A DNA stretch of 64,000 bases from Cenarchaeum sp. (GCA_963692915.1 OY843584.1:1536001-1600000); one strand, 5' to 3'; shown: positions 1 to 9,965, counted from the first letter of the stretch. Notes: generated by a model from the sequence alone, not told the origin. Numbers and translations: made by a program.

Positions 1-389
1 TTTGCCTTGTCGAGTATGCTCCCGAGGGGCCCAAACGGCATGTCATAGTCGACAGTCATCGTAACGCGCGAGCGATCCTCGCCTAGAGCCTCAAACTCGG
101 TCTTTATCTCCCATTTCTTGAACGGACCCTCTATCTGGCGGGCCGATATGCGCTCCTCGCGCTCAAACTCTGTCGTCTCGCAGTCCCACTCTAGGCGCTT
201 GCCGCCAAAGTCGCCGATAATCCTAAAGGTCGTGCCGACTCCCATGCCCTCCTTGATGTCCATGGGAATGACTGTCATGCCGACGCCCTTGTCAGTCATC
301 TGGTCAGAGACGTGCTCGGGGCGCGCAAAGTACGTAAAGACCGTGCTTACGGGCACCTTTACCTCGATCGAGCGAGACACCGTGGCCAA
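1..389 (-). CDS. SRPBCC/START-like (polyketide cyclase) family protein, partial (runs off the window start)
   Basis: Manual translation from TTG at 389: MATVSRSIEVKVPVSTVFTYFARPEHV...GVGTTFRIIG...EWDCETTEFEREERISARQIEGPFKKW...VTMTVDYDMPFGPLG, typical SRPBCC pattern; TTTAAA box upstream. Confidence 0.8.
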   Translation of the reverse strand, partial: MATVSRSIEVKVPVSTVFTYFARPEHVSDQMTDKGVGMTVIPMDIKEGMGVGTTFRIIGDFGGKRLEWDCETTEFEREERISARQIEGPFKKWEIKTEFEALGEDRSRVTMTVDYDMPFGPLGSILDKA

Positions 390-508
390 CGGTCGCGCAG
401 GCCGAATATAGCGGATTTAAAGGTATGGGGAGATCGCGGGGAGCACGCGTCCTACGCACACTCGCGCTAAACATTAAATACTAAACGGCGCGCGCGTGCG
501 CATTAGGG

Positions 509-766
509 ATGACACACCGTGCCCTCTCGCTGATCGCCCTTGCGCTGGTCCTCTCGATTCCCGTCCTGCCTGTCATGGCGGCCACTGAGCCTGGCGAGTA
601 CCTTGACCGCAGGGCCGAGATCTGGAACCTCTTCTTTCGCATGATGACAGTCGCCTTTACGATAGGGACAGTCGTCTCTGGAACCATCGTCTGGCTCTGC
701 CTGAGGTTCCGCGAGTCAAACCCCAAGGCGACGCCCACAAAGTACGAGGAGGCCGGCGAGTGGTGA
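509..766 (+). CDS. Small membrane protein of the oxidase operon, resembling the N-terminal TM part of cytochrome c oxidase subunit II
   Basis: Signal-like N-terminus plus TM helix IWNLFFRMMTVAFTIGTVVSGTIVWLCLRFR; first gene of the cox cluster, overlaps coxB; TTAAATA box at ~474. Confidence 0.7.
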   Translation: MTHRALSLIALALVLSIPVLPVMAATEPGEYLDRRAEIWNLFFRMMTVAFTIGTVVSGTIVWLCLRFRESNPKATPTKYEEAGEW

Positions 767-1191
767 GCGGCCACTCGAACATGCCAGAATGGGTCTATAT
801 CGGCGTCGTAGTCGCGCTCCTCTGCTGGGTTGGGGCCGAGGCATGGAACGTCGAGAGGCTCGTCGAGCACATACCCGAGGATGCCAAGCTCATAAAGGTG
901 ACCGGCCAGCAGTGGTTCTGGACCTTTGAGCACGAGGACGGCACAAAGGAGATAGGCGAGCTCCACGTCGAGGTCGGCAAGGCGTACAGGTTTGAGATCA
1001 CCTCAAAGGACGTCATACACTCGTTCAACATACACGACTATGTCGTGCTACTTGACGCAGTACCAGGCAGGGTCAACACGGTCTGGTTTGCGCCCACAGA
1101 GGTCGGCGAGCATGACATACAGTGCCGCGAGTATTGCGGGCTCATACACTATAACATGAGGGGCACGCTCATAGTCGAGGAGGCCGCCTAG
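760..1191 (+). CDS. coxB: Heme-copper oxidase subunit II (CuA domain)
   Basis: IKVTGQQWFWTF, DVIHSF and CuA motif CREYCGLIHYNM. Confidence 0.95.
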   Translation: MVSGHSNMPEWVYIGVVVALLCWVGAEAWNVERLVEHIPEDAKLIKVTGQQWFWTFEHEDGTKEIGELHVEVGKAYRFEITSKDVIHSFNIHDYVVLLDAVPGRVNTVWFAPTEVGEHDIQCREYCGLIHYNMRGTLIVEEAA

Positions 1192-1192
1192 C

Positions 1193-2722
1193 ATGGTCAT
1201 GGAGCTTGCGCGCCCGCGCCCCATATGGCAGATAATGTTCTCGACGCACCACACTGATGTCGGCCTCCTCTACCTCATCACGTCGCTCGCGTTCATGTTC
1301 ATGGGCGGCGCACTGGCGCTCTCAATCAGGGCAGAGCTCTTCTTCCCCGGCGCGCAGATAATCACTGATGCGATGACGTTTAACCGCATATTCACGGTTC
1401 ACGGAACGACGCTCATATTCCTCTTTATCCTGCCGTTTGCGTCTGCTGTGGGCAACTATTTCGTGCCCATAATGGTCCGCTACAAGGACATGGCATACCC
1501 AAAGCTCAACGCGATCGCCTTTTGGATGATACCTCCGGCCGGCGCGCTCATATGGCTAGGGTTTGCCGACTTTACGTGGTATGCGACTCCGCCCTACTCG
1601 GTCATCAGCGCGCCCGGACCGGCTGCTGACATGTGGATATTTGGACTAAAGATACTCGGCATATCATCGATACTCGGCGCGATCAACTTTATCGTCACGA
1701 TACTAAAGTGCAAGCATCCGGACATGCCGATATCCAAGGTTCCTCTCCTTGCGTGGTCGTTCCTCTCCTCATCACTCATCATACTCGTCGCGCTCCCGAC
1801 GTTTGCGGCCGCACTCATCATGCTCCTGACTGACCGCCTCGGCGTGTCAGGCTTCTTCAACCCTGCTGTCGGCGGTGACCCGATAGCGTACGCGCACCTG
1901 TTCTGGTTCACGTTCCACCCCGAGGTCTATGTCCTAGTCATTCCGGCCATTGGCATGATGTACGAGATCATTCCGCGCTTTTCGCGCAAGCCGATATTCA
2001 GCGCATCCTCGGGCATTGCCGCCTTTGTCCTCCTTGCCATCGTCAGCTTTGCGTCATGGGCGCACCACATGTACGCAACGGGCATGTCATTTACCGAAAA
2101 GACCGTCTTTATGGTCGGCACGCTCGCGGCAGTTCCCGCATCGGCGATGCACGTGTTTAACTTTTTGGCGACAATGTGGGGAGGGCGAATCCGATTTGCG
2201 ACGCCGATGCTCTGGGCAATCGGTGGAATCGCGCTCTTTTTCTCGGCTGGCGCCGGCGGCGTCGTCAACAGCGCAATGCCGCTGGACTTTGTCACGCACG
2301 ACTCGTACTGGGTCGTCGGGCACTTCCACCTGTTCGTCATGGGAACCATCCTCTTTGGGTCAGTGGGCTATCTCTACTACATGTTCCCGTACGTGACGGG
2401 CCGAATGTACAGCGAGCGCCTCGGCAACGTCCACTTTGTGCTCGCGTTCATCGGGACAGTCATGGTCTTTTTCACGCAGCACGTCCTTGGCCTCTTTGGC
2501 ATGCCGCGCCGCGTCTATGACTATCCGCCGATACCAGAGTGGATCGCGATGAACCAGATAGCTTCAGTCGGCGCGATGATCATCGGCGTCTCGATGGTCA
2601 TATTCCTGGCAAACATGATCCACAGCAGCGCAAAGGGCCGGCCCGCTGACATGGACGACCCATGGGGCCTTGGCGCGAAATACTATTACCCATATGAGCG
2701 AAAAAACCCCCACCACGAGTGA
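1193..2722 (+). CDS. coxA: Heme-copper oxidase subunit I
   Basis: Many TM helices; HGTT, WFTFHPEVY, WAHHMY, GHFH and GMPRR motifs. Confidence 0.97.
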   Translation: MVMELARPRPIWQIMFSTHHTDVGLLYLITSLAFMFMGGALALSIRAELFFPGAQIITDAMTFNRIFTVHGTTLIFLFILPFASAVGNYFVPIMVRYKDMAYPKLNAIAFWMIPPAGALIWLGFADFTWYATPPYSVISAPGPAADMWIFGLKILGISSILGAINFIVTILKCKHPDMPISKVPLLAWSFLSSSLIILVALPTFAAALIMLLTDRLGVSGFFNPAVGGDPIAYAHLFWFTFHPEVYVLVIPAIGMMYEIIPRFSRKPIFSASSGIAAFVLLAIVSFASWAHHMYATGMSFTEKTVFMVGTLAAVPASAMHVFNFLATMWGGRIRFATPMLWAIGGIALFFSAGAGGVVNSAMPLDFVTHDSYWVVGHFHLFVMGTILFGSVGYLYYMFPYVTGRMYSERLGNVHFVLAFIGTVMVFFTQHVLGLFGMPRRVYDYPPIPEWIAMNQIASVGAMIIGVSMVIFLANMIHSSAKGRPADMDDPWGLGAKYYYPYERKNPHHE

Positions 2723-3680
2723 TGAAGAGTTGAGCCAGAGACCACCCATATACAGGACATCGCCGACAAGAATGGCGCGCATGATGGTCATCATGGTCGG
2801 TATCTGCATTGCAGGCGGCGGCATATTCTTTGGCATGTGGGACTATTGGATATCAATGCCCGCGCCAGTAGTCGCGCAACAGTCCGGCGGGACTCCGGCC
2901 CCTGCGCCACCTGCGGCGACCGGCAAGAGCATTCCTGTGGACCTTGACTTTGTAGAGTCAGACGACTTTAGGACGCTTGGATTCAACGGGCTGCCCGGCG
3001 AGGAGGGCGCAAACCCGACGATCGAGGCCGCAGTCGGCGATCGCATCGTCTTTGAGGTCGAGAACATCGGCAAGTCGTTCCACTCCTTTGGCGTGACGGC
3101 CGACGAGGAGGGCTATGTCGGAATCATAGCCGGAAGCGAGGTCGCCGCGCCGACAAACCCGCTAAAGCCCGGCGAGGGTGGTGACTCGCAGTTTGTCCCG
3201 ACCGAGGAGGGCACGTACTATTACATCTGCACCGTGCCCGGCCACCGCGAGCAGGGCATGGTCGGCGAGATCATCGTCGGGCCCAAAGTCGAGCAAGAGC
3301 CGGCACCGCCCCGTGAGACGCGCTCACACGAGTTTGACTTTGACTTTGTAGAGTCAGACGACTTTAGGACGCTTGGATTCAACGGCCTGCCCGGCGAGGA
3401 GGGCGCAAACCCCGAGATCAGGGTCGGCTCGGGCGACACGGTCACTGTTCGCGCAACGAACGTCGGCGCGTCGTTCCACTCCTTTGGCGTGGTCACGGAT
3501 CCCGAGGACTTTAACAGCATCGTGTGGGATTCAGAGATCGCCTCGGCCATTGCGCCGCTTCGTGGAGGCGAGTCCGGAGACGTGACCTTTATCGCCGGAG
3601 CGCCCGGCGAGTACCATTACATCTGCACGGTTCCGGGCCATGCGCTGCAGGGTATGCAGGGCAAGTTTATCGTGGAGTGA
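2694..3680 (+). CDS. Membrane-anchored protein with two blue (type 1) copper domains (putative cytochrome c substitute)
   Basis: TM helix, then two cupredoxin repeats with HSFGV and YYYICTVPGHREQGM / YHYICTVPGHALQGM; ATG at 2694 chosen as start. Confidence 0.9.
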   Translation: MSEKTPTTSDEELSQRPPIYRTSPTRMARMMVIMVGICIAGGGIFFGMWDYWISMPAPVVAQQSGGTPAPAPPAATGKSIPVDLDFVESDDFRTLGFNGLPGEEGANPTIEAAVGDRIVFEVENIGKSFHSFGVTADEEGYVGIIAGSEVAAPTNPLKPGEGGDSQFVPTEEGTYYYICTVPGHREQGMVGEIIVGPKVEQEPAPPRETRSHEFDFDFVESDDFRTLGFNGLPGEEGANPEIRVGSGDTVTVRATNVGASFHSFGVVTDPEDFNSIVWDSEIASAIAPLRGGESGDVTFIAGAPGEYHYICTVPGHALQGMQGKFIVE

Positions 3681-3689
3681 CTGGCATCC

Positions 3690-4142
3690 ATGCTTGTGCG
3701 CTATCTTGCATGCGCGTCACTGGGAATCCTGTACATACTCATGGTCATCGGGGGCTATGTGTCTGCTGCCGGCCTTGGACTGACGTGCCCTGACTGGCCA
3801 CTCTGCCCGAGCGGCCTGCTGCCGACTGAGCAGTACCTCGTCGAGTGGGTTCACAGGGTCATCGCGATGGTCACCGGCGCGCTAGTCATCGCGACCATGG
3901 TATCATGCTGGAAGTCGCGCGAGCATGTCGGGCGCGCGACGATAACGAGCACGGCGGCGACGGTCTTTGTGATCACGCAGATAACGCTCGGCGCGCTCGT
4001 CATTGACCAAAAGCTCCATGCGATACTCGTCACGGTCCACTTTGGAATAGGCATACTCCTCTTTGCGTCAGTTCTCCTCACGGTTCTCCTTGCGTTTGGA
4101 CTGGCGCGCCGGCGCCCTGCTAGTCTTCACGCCGACGCCTGA
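3690..4142 (+). CDS. ctaA: COX15/CtaA family heme A synthase (short archaeal form)
   Basis: GLTCPDWPLC, EWVHR, VHFG motifs; 4 TM helices; end of cox operon. Confidence 0.85.
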   Translation: MLVRYLACASLGILYILMVIGGYVSAAGLGLTCPDWPLCPSGLLPTEQYLVEWVHRVIAMVTGALVIATMVSCWKSREHVGRATITSTAATVFVITQITLGALVIDQKLHAILVTVHFGIGILLFASVLLTVLLAFGLARRRPASLHADA

Positions 4143-4668
4143 TGATTCCGGGCAGATAGATGTACCCGATAACCATCGCAAATATCGACGCGCCGATCGT
4201 GATGCTCACGATGAACACATAGCCAAACGGGCTCTGCGTGCTGATGTTGAACGTGTATGTCGTTATCTCGTTCTGCGCGCCCTCTAGGTTGTAGAGGTCG
4301 ACGTACATGATGTGGTTGCCCTGCGTCTCAAATGTGAACTCTAGTATGTGGTGGGCACCCTCGATGACGCGCGGCCCGTCCGTGTAGACCTCGGCGTCGC
4401 CCTGCGTTATGCGAACGCGCATGATGACGCCGGGAAGCTCCTCATAGTCCTCGTCAGTCACGCGAAAGAGGACCTGTGAGGGCTCGCCTATCTGCGGAAA
4501 CTCGGGAAGCGTCGAGACCTGCACGCGATGGCCAGCGATGGACTGCTCGGATGAGTTAAAGAGCGAGTGAGCGGCCGCCTCGGGCGCGGCCACGGCAAGA
4601 ATGGCCATGGCGGCGACTAGGACCACGATGGCCGGCGCAGTCGGCATTAGCGCTCCCAATTCAGGCAA
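4120..4668 (-). CDS. Secreted/membrane-anchored hypothetical protein (Ig-like domain, possibly copper related)
   Basis: Signal peptide ending AAAH, beta-rich body, C-terminal TM followed by RRRR; start uncertain (4668 or 4647). Confidence 0.7.
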   Translation of the reverse strand: MPELGALMPTAPAIVVLVAAMAILAVAAPEAAAHSLFNSSEQSIAGHRVQVSTLPEFPQIGEPSQVLFRVTDEDYEELPGVIMRVRITQGDAEVYTDGPRVIEGAHHILEFTFETQGNHIMYVDLYNLEGAQNEITTYTFNISTQSPFGYVFIVSITIGASIFAMVIGYIYLPGIIRRRRED

Positions 4669-4801
4669 TGCGCGACGGTCCGGCTATATTGGGATTGCGC
4701 GACGGGGCACTATTGCTGCGCCAATATATTTATGCGCGCCATGCGCCATGGCGCCCCATGGGGGCCATGGCAGGACATGCGGCGCGCAGGGGTGCGATCC
4801 C

Positions 4802-5683
4802 ATGATGCTCAACTATGACTATCCGCTATACAGGCCGCCCTCTGAGGCCAACTCGCTCATCATACAGGCGACGCTGGGCTGCTCGTACAACGAGTGCTCG
4901 TTTTGCGACATGTACCGCTCAAAGGAGTATTCTGAGCGACCCTGGGAGCAGGTTCGCGCCGAGATCGACATGATGGCCGACTCGCATCCCGAGACGCGCC
5001 GCGTCTTTATCGCCGACGGCGATGCGCTAAACCTGGACACGCCATACCTTGAAAAGATAGTGCGCCACATCCGCTCGAGATTTCCCGCACTGGAGCGCGT
5101 CGCGTGCTATGCGATGCCCATGAACGTTCTCAAAAAGACGCCTGCTGAGCTCGAGTCACTGCGCGCCGCCGGACTTGGAATGCTGTACCTTGGAATAGAG
5201 AGCGGATCAGACACAGTCCTGAGGCGCGTCACAAAGGGCGCGCTGGCCTCTACGATAATACGCGCGTGCAAAAAGGCAAAGTCTGCCGGATACACGCTCT
5301 CGTGCATGGTCATACTCGGCCTGGGAGGCCGCATGCACACAGTCGAGCATGCGCGCGAGACGGCGCGCGTGCTCTCCGAGTCCTCGCCGCACTATGTCGG
5401 CGTGCTCACGCTATATCTTGAGAACGGGATTCGCGACGAGTTTCTCTCAAAGTATGACGGGACATTTGAGGCCCTCAACGACGAGGAGGCACTCGACGAG
5501 CTCGAGATGCTCGTCTCCGGACTAGACATGCATGACAGCGTCACGTTCAGGGCAACGCACGGATCCAACGCGTACAATGTCGGCGGGACGCTTCCGGATG
5601 ACAAGGCGGCAATACTCCAGAGCATATCGACGATGAGGGGACGGCCAGAGGCCATTAGGCCAAAGGGACTGCGCGGGTTTTAG
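4802..5683 (+). CDS. Radical SAM protein
   Basis: YRPPSEANSLIIQATLGCSYNECSFC (CxxxCxxC), FIADGDAL, YLGIESG. Confidence 0.9.
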   Translation: MMLNYDYPLYRPPSEANSLIIQATLGCSYNECSFCDMYRSKEYSERPWEQVRAEIDMMADSHPETRRVFIADGDALNLDTPYLEKIVRHIRSRFPALERVACYAMPMNVLKKTPAELESLRAAGLGMLYLGIESGSDTVLRRVTKGALASTIIRACKKAKSAGYTLSCMVILGLGGRMHTVEHARETARVLSESSPHYVGVLTLYLENGIRDEFLSKYDGTFEALNDEEALDELEMLVSGLDMHDSVTFRATHGSNAYNVGGTLPDDKAAILQSISTMRGRPEAIRPKGLRGF

Positions 5684-6105
5684 GCGCGCAGCGCGCCGTC
5701 TAGGTGGACGACCTTGAAGACCGTGACGTCATATGCGCCATCGAGGGCGCGCACTGCAACGCCATCATCGATGCTAAGGGCGCGCATGCGATACTCGTAG
5801 GTTCCGTCCTCGGAGAGATCGACTTGCGCAAAGCGCACGGGCTCGCCACCATTGGCGTGTATCTGGATGATGACCGGATAGCCGTCAACTGGATTGTCGA
5901 CCTTGCCCTCGACGAATGCCCACGGGAGCGTGTTAGTCGATGGCACGACGAGCTCGAGCTCTGTCCTCTCCATGGCGATTCCGTCCCCTAGCGGCACGTA
6001 CGTCGTCGTGCCTGCGTTCGTGTATGCCGAGGCGCCGCTGACGTGCGCGGCCGACACGCAGGCTGCGGCGACCAACAGGGCCACGAGTGCGGGAATGCGC
6101 GTCAT
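5680..6105 (-). CDS. Secreted hypothetical protein
   Basis: Signal peptide, beta-rich domain; ATGA overlap with upstream gene. Confidence 0.7.
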   Translation of the reverse strand: MTRIPALVALLVAAACVSAAHVSGASAYTNAGTTTYVPLGDGIAMERTELELVVPSTNTLPWAFVEGKVDNPVDGYPVIIQIHANGGEPVRFAQVDLSEDGTYEYRMRALSIDDGVAVRALDGAYDVTVFKVVHLDGALRA

Positions 6106-6308
6106 GTCCAGGCCTCTGCGTCCTTTTTCCAGACGCGCCTTCCGTCTATTGTAACCTGGTCAGTCTCCTCGAGAACCGTGTGCCAGCGCCCATTGTTGGG
6201 GAATATGCTGTTCATCTCGGCGAGGCGGCCCTGCGTCGGCCTCACGTTGGTGAGCGCCCCCCACCTCATGTTGGGGATGCGCGGCATGATGTCATTGATG
6301 TCCCTCAT
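6102..6308 (-). CDS. Small conserved hypothetical protein
   Basis: 68 aa MRDINDIMPRIPNMRWGALTN..., operon-like spacing with both neighbours. Confidence 0.7.
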   Translation of the reverse strand: MRDINDIMPRIPNMRWGALTNVRPTQGRLAEMNSIFPNNGRWHTVLEETDQVTIDGRRVWKKDAEAWT

Positions 6309-6319
6309 GGCGCACTCGA

Positions 6320-7978
6320 CTACCCTACGGCTATTATACCTTTTTGAATCAAGAACTCTAAACCATTAACAAAGTCATCGTCTCCCACGAGGCCCTCTGC
6401 CCACCACCGCGCCGTCTCCTTTACCCACGATGGGATGGCCGCCGCGCCGGCCCCGCCCTCGCGCTCGGCGCTAGCCGAGATTACGCCGTGCTCGATGAGG
6501 TATGCGATGCCAGAGGCAAATGTCGCATCATCAATGTCGCCGTCTGCCCACCAGAGCGCGTTGCTGCGTATCCAGCCAGGAACCGCCTGTGGCGCTGCCC
6601 CGCCGAGCTCTATTATGCCCGAGCCGATTCCGGCGTACGCGGGGTCAAAGTCAAGGCCAACGGTTCCCTGGCCGTATAGGAGGAGGTCAAGCCTGTACGT
6701 GCCAGCGCCGGGAAAGTCAACCTCGACAATGTCGATTCCCTCAGACGCAAACGCGCCGGGGCTCTGGCCCATGGCCGCCTCGCCGAGGTTGCGCACAAGC
6801 TCTGTGCCGGCCACGTGGTCTGCGAGTATGTGGCCGTATCGCGCGTTCTTTAGCAGGTTACCGGACTCGTCAAAGAACGCGATCTCTAGGGGGACTGCGC
6901 CAGTAGACGCGCGAGCATCCCAGGAGACGCTGACTGTTGCGCCGACGCGCTCGTCTGTGTCATCGGGGTTTACCAGAAAGAACTCTGTCGAGTTTTGGTC
7001 GACATTGTCCTCGGGGACGAGCTCAAAGCTCATCATGCCGCTCTGCTCGTGCTCGGCTCCGAGCTCGGCGTTTATGCGCTGGAGCTCGGCAGTGGTGACG
7101 AGAAAGTGTATGACGTTGCGGTCCTCGTACGTGTACGGGTCGACTAGGAGGACGCGCTTGTCGAGCCTGACGCCGTCGACATAGCCGGCGTATGTCCTGT
7201 CAGGCGCGTACGTCGTGAACGACTTTGGAACCTGGATCTCCTCGTGGACTATCTGGACCAGATCGACGTACTCGGGACTCCAGTCAAATGGCATGTCAAA
7301 GGAGAGGGACTCGCGCTTTTCATCATAGCGTATGTTGGAGACCTCGTCATAGTATGTCTTTATCGCGGCCGGAACCTCGGCGTGCGCGGTTCTTATCGTG
7401 AACGGCTGCACGTCGGCCACGCTGACGAACGTGTCATAGTTGAGCATCTCGGTGAGGATCGTCCTTGCGCTAGTCGCGCCGGCTATGCTGACCTTTACGT
7501 TATAGAGGCCGCCGCGGTCAAATATGGGCCCCTGTATGACGACGTTGCTCTGGCCCTGCGCATAGAGCGCGCCGGGCGCCGTGGGGTGCTCGCTGCCAAA
7601 GTACCTCGTGCATTTCCAGAGGAGCGGCTCGGCGCAACCCTCCCTTGGCCGCAGCGTCACGTCAAGCTTGCCGTCGGTGTCAAAAAAGAGGTTTCTGGCA
7701 ATGAGGTCATCTCCGCGCCATATCTCGATCTTGTACGTGACGTCGCCAAAGTCCTCGCTCGTGCCAACGTCATAGAACCTGACTGCCATCGACGCCTCGG
7801 TTATCTCTTGTGCCGAGAGGTCCGATGGCGTGAGCTGCGTGCTCACCGTGACGTCACGGCCCCCGAGATCCAGCGGCGGGGCGACATCGCCCCCGAGGCC
7901 GTGGCCAAACGAGTCTGACACGGCCGGCACTGCGGCGAGGATCGCCGCGACTGCCACAAGGGCTGCCCATGTCTTCAT
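6320..7978 (-). CDS. Secreted surface protein with thaumarchaeal C-terminal IPxW(I/V)K/R...WW..G.I.D..F repeats
   Basis: Signal peptide ending FGHG; two C-terminal repeats VPGWIRSNALWWADGDIDDATF and IPSWVKETARWWAEGLVGDDDF; TTAAT box upstream. Confidence 0.85.
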   Translation of the reverse strand: MKTWAALVAVAAILAAVPAVSDSFGHGLGGDVAPPLDLGGRDVTVSTQLTPSDLSAQEITEASMAVRFYDVGTSEDFGDVTYKIEIWRGDDLIARNLFFDTDGKLDVTLRPREGCAEPLLWKCTRYFGSEHPTAPGALYAQGQSNVVIQGPIFDRGGLYNVKVSIAGATSARTILTEMLNYDTFVSVADVQPFTIRTAHAEVPAAIKTYYDEVSNIRYDEKRESLSFDMPFDWSPEYVDLVQIVHEEIQVPKSFTTYAPDRTYAGYVDGVRLDKRVLLVDPYTYEDRNVIHFLVTTAELQRINAELGAEHEQSGMMSFELVPEDNVDQNSTEFFLVNPDDTDERVGATVSVSWDARASTGAVPLEIAFFDESGNLLKNARYGHILADHVAGTELVRNLGEAAMGQSPGAFASEGIDIVEVDFPGAGTYRLDLLLYGQGTVGLDFDPAYAGIGSGIIELGGAAPQAVPGWIRSNALWWADGDIDDATFASGIAYLIEHGVISASAEREGGAGAAAIPSWVKETARWWAEGLVGDDDFVNGLEFLIQKGIIAVG

Positions 7979-8125
7979 GCGTTGGAGGAGACCATTTTTC
8001 CTTATTAACCATGGCATTGGGTCACGCGTGGGATCAGAGATCGCCCCAGTGTTTGCGAACAGTTGTCCTTGTTGGGCGTGAGCCTCTAGATATTGTGCCT
8101 CTCTAGGTCGGTGCTATGCCCCGCC

Positions 8126-9865
8126 CTAGCGCACTATTACGGCACCCAACATCCATGGGTGCACTATGCAATAGTACGGATAGTCGCCAACATCCTCAAA
8201 CGTGTGCTCGAATGTGTTGCCTGCCAGCAGCAGGCTGCTGTCAAACTCGCCTGTGGCGCCCTCAGTCGGGGATCCGGCCGTGACCGTGTGAGCCACGGTG
8301 TCGATGTTGTCCCACATCACCGTGGTTCCCGGACCGACCTCGAGCGTGTGGGGGAGGTAGCACTCGTCAGTCGCCTCGCATCCGGCCACGCCCGTTCCAG
8401 CCGGTATCATGACCGTGGGACTCGTGGTTTGCGGAGCGGTCGGCGGGGTCACCGGGACCGGAACAGGCGGCTCTGGCACGCTGACCGGCGGGGTCACCCT
8501 CGGCGGGGTCACCGGAACCGTGGGAGGATCTGGGATGCTGACCGGCGGGGTCACTTGAACCGGCGGGGTCACCGGAACCGTGGGCGGCTCTGGCACGCTG
8601 ACCGGCGGGGTCACTTGAACCGGCGGGGTCACCGGAACCGGAGCGGGCGGCTCTGTCTCCCCCCGCACCATCACAACCCCGGTCTGCCACGGGTGCACTA
8701 TGCAATAGTACGGGTACTCGCCGACCTCCTCAAACTCGTGCTCAAAGGTGTTGCCTGCCAGCAGCAGGCTGCTGTCAAACTCGCCTGTGGGGCCCTCAGT
8801 CGGGGATCCGGCCGTGACCGTGTGAGCCACGTTGTCGATGTTATCCCACGTCACCGTGGTTCCCGGACCCACCTCGATCGTGTGGGGAATGTAGCACTCG
8901 TCAGTCGCCTCGCATCCGGCTATGCCGGTTCCCTCTGGTATCATTACCGTGGGACTCGTGGTTTGCGGAGCGGTCGGCGGGGTCACCGGAACCGTGGGCG
9001 GCTCTGGCACGCTGACCGGCGGGGTCACCGGAACCGTGGGCGGCTCTGGCACGCTGACCGGCGGGGTCACCGGAACCGGTGCGGGCGGCTCTGTCTCCCC
9101 CTGCACCATCACAACCCCGGACATCCATGGGTGGATTATGCAATAGTATGCGTGCTCGCCGGCCTCGTTGAACACGTGCCTAAACCTCTCTCCGGGATAG
9201 ATCAACAGGCTGTCAAACTCGCCGGACGGGCCGGTGGCAACGTTGCCGGCCACAACAGTGTGGCTGACAACGTCATTGTTCTCCCATGTCACTAGGGCCC
9301 CGCGCCCAACCTCCACTGACATGGGCACATAGCACTCGCCGGCCTCCTCGCACCCTGGCACGCCGGCACCGTCGCCTATGCTGATCGTCGTGTCCATGGG
9401 ATTCGGTGCCGGCACCCTGGCGTCATCACCACGCTCTGCAACGGTTATCTGCGCAACTGACTTTGGGGCCAGGGCCACAGGGTTCTCAGTGGACTCCCAC
9501 ACGAGCGCAGTCGCCTCATAGACTCCGGCCTGCGGGGGAATCCACACGACAGACAGAGTTCTTGACTCGCCAACGGACAGCTTTCCGCCAACCCACATCA
9601 GGGCTCCCGTAATGTCATCTGCGTCGTTCACCTGCACAATGTACGCGTATTGCTGTTCTGCGTTCTGTGAGTTTGTGATCATCGTCGAGATCAGGATCGC
9701 CTCGCCGACGTCACTGCGCACCACTGCCTCGCCGGCCACGTTCGTTATGCGTATATCACCTATGGTCACAGGCGCATCACGCCATGTCGACTCGGCTTCC
9801 TGCGCAAACGCGGCGGGAACGGCCACCATGGCTAGCATGACCATTGGCAAGACCCACGCTGACAT
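8126..9865 (-). CDS. Secreted protein with an Ig-like domain and three plastocyanin-like blue copper domains separated by Pro/Val/Thr-rich linkers
   Basis: Signal peptide (ATG 9865); three HTV...YYCIxHPW(M/Q) domains; TATTTATT box at ~9891-9898. Confidence 0.9.
   Translation of the reverse strand: MSAWVLPMVMLAMVAVPAAFAQEAESTWRDAPVTIGDIRITNVAGEAVVRSDVGEAILISTMITNSQNAEQQYAYIVQVNDADDITGALMWVGGKLSVGESRTLSVVWIPPQAGVYEATALVWESTENPVALAPKSVAQITVAERGDDARVPAPNPMDTTISIGDGAGVPGCEEAGECYVPMSVEVGRGALVTWENNDVVSHTVVAGNVATGPSGEFDSLLIYPGERFRHVFNEAGEHAYYCIIHPWMSGVVMVQGETEPPAPVPVTPPVSVPEPPTVPVTPPVSVPEPPTVPVTPPTAPQTTSPTVMIPEGTGIAGCEATDECYIPHTIEVGPGTTVTWDNIDNVAHTVTAGSPTEGPTGEFDSSLLLAGNTFEHEFEEVGEYPYYCIVHPWQTGVVMVRGETEPPAPVPVTPPVQVTPPVSVPEPPTVPVTPPVQVTPPVSIPDPPTVPVTPPRVTPPVSVPEPPVPVPVTPPTAPQTTSPTVMIPAGTGVAGCEATDECYLPHTLEVGPGTTVMWDNIDTVAHTVTAGSPTEGATGEFDSSLLLAGNTFEHTFEDVGDYPYYCIVHPWMLGAVIVR
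8437..8660. repeat. Coding tandem repeats (PVTPPV(S/Q)V, PEPPTV units); a second block lies at ~8970-9095
   Basis: Repeated ccggcggggtcac / ggaaccgtgggcggctctggcacgctga units. Confidence 0.9.
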
Positions 9866-9965
9866 CTGTCCGGAGAGCGTGACCCGTCTGAATAAATACC
9901 CATCGTGACCGGTGCCAGGGCACACGCGCCAATGTTTAATTACATATGGCCCTGGCACGCCTCGC

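Noticed and set aside
8437-9095. Short direct repeats as a possible CRISPR array
   Set aside because: In-frame coding repeats of a Pro/Val/Thr linker with no unique spacers
8093-9295. 400-aa Arg/His-rich repetitive ORF on the + strand
   Set aside because: Antisense shadow of the Pro-rich multi-cupredoxin gene
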